Shown here piece after piece: positions 57,126 through 57,523 of a stretch of DNA of 57,523 nucleotides (positions are counted from its first letter, which is position 1; each line of letters starts with the position of its first letter). The notes under the pieces are model-generated. The model saw only the letters and a list, made by a program, of their open reading frames with translations, had not been told where the DNA came from and made no database searches. The translations under genes and the position numbers were made by a program. This DNA is from a virus (taxonomy: Duplodnaviria; Caudoviricetes), in IMG/VR virus record IMGVR_UViG_3300032268_001051, positions 1-57,523 of that record; one strand, given 5' to 3'.

Positions 57126-57423
57126 TTAGCAAGGATTTATGTAGGTCACAAATCCATCTCCACTCACAATTATATAGTTCGCAACACAAGCAACATATGT
57201 ATTACCACCAAGAACTGTGAAGTCGTAATCAAATCCACTACAATCTTTACCAACAAAAAGAGTATCAGTAGTTCCACCATAAAATGCATATCTTTTACAT
57301 AATGGACCTGATGGTGTTTGTGTTACAGTTGGAGTCTGCGTATTTGTTGGTGTTGGAGTTTGAGTTTCCGTGTTTGTTGAAGTTGTTAATTATTATAAAA
57401 TAATTACATTCTGTTGAATACAT
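57126..57423 (-). pseudogene. Frameshifted or internally deleted mucin-like gene
   Basis: ATG at 57423 gives MYSTECNYFIIIN and stops after 42 codons. The +1 frame, which has no start and TAA TAA just upstream, encodes TTSTNTETQTPTPTNTQTPTVTQTPSGPLCKRY...DCSG...AC...NPC. Confidence 0.65.
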
Positions 57424-57424
57424 A

Positions 57425-57523
57425 TTAACTCAATAATCCCGAAAGATAATCAGAAGTTAAATCAGTCCAAGTACCTGCGGATGTTACACTATTCCATGTC
57501 CACGCAGAAAATCCATCAACTTG
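57425..57523 (-). CDS. C-terminal fragment of an upstream gene (enters from the window end)
   Basis: Open frame QVDGFSAWTWNSVTSAGTWTDLTSDYLSGLLS with its stop at 57427-57425. Confidence 0.55.
   Translation of the reverse strand, partial: QVDGFSAWTWNSVTSAGTWTDLTSDYLSGLLS

Noticed and set aside
55540-57390. CRISPR array or other non-coding repeat in the GTT/GGA/GGT-rich region
   Set aside because: The periodicity is codon-level, from Thr/Pro/Val linkers. There are no constant repeats with unique spacers and no cas genes.
1-57523. Stop-codon reassignment as in some large phages
   Set aside because: Conserved genes are full length in the standard code. TAG ends uvsX (13129) and the gp15-like gene (37284), and TGA ends the chaperone, SET and GT10-like genes at sensible positions.
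1-57523. tRNA or rRNA genes
   Set aside because: Intergenic gaps are short and AT-rich and no cloverleaf with T-loop/D-loop consensus was seen. A tRNAscan/Infernal run would be needed for certainty.

Overview
A 57.5 kb AT-rich segment of a large (probably jumbo) T4-like myophage genome, read with the standard genetic code and mostly on the minus strand. It carries (i) contractile-tail, baseplate and neck genes (gp6-, gp25-, gp53-, gp26/gp51-, gp19-, gp18-, gp15-, gp14-, gp13-like, a probable tape measure and three very large baseplate-region proteins); (ii) a replication module (class II ribonucleotide reductase, DnaB/gp41 helicase, 5'-3' exonuclease, UvsX/RecA, gp32-like SSB) and a separate family B DNA polymerase; (iii) accessory genes (SET-domain protein, SNF2 ATPase, a superoxide dismutase fused to a nuclease-like domain, a HAD-family protein, a peptidoglycan-binding alpha/beta hydrolase); and (iv) a tightly coupled eight-gene glycosyltransferase/methyltransferase operon directly downstream of a Thr/Pro-rich mucin-like protein. 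The best candidate for an undescribed system is (iv), a phage-encoded mucin-type O-glycosylation pathway that may give the virion a methylated, fucosylated glycan coat. Other signals read from the DNA are a strand-oriented TATTTAT(A/C/T) promoter-like motif (often only 3-4 nt before the ATG, implying leaderless mRNAs), a candidate +1 frameshift in the tail chaperone gene, shared N-terminal I/L-x-E leaders, an unlisted small RHH-like gene and a frameshifted mucin-like gene remnant. All family assignments come from motif recognition by eye. No database search was run.
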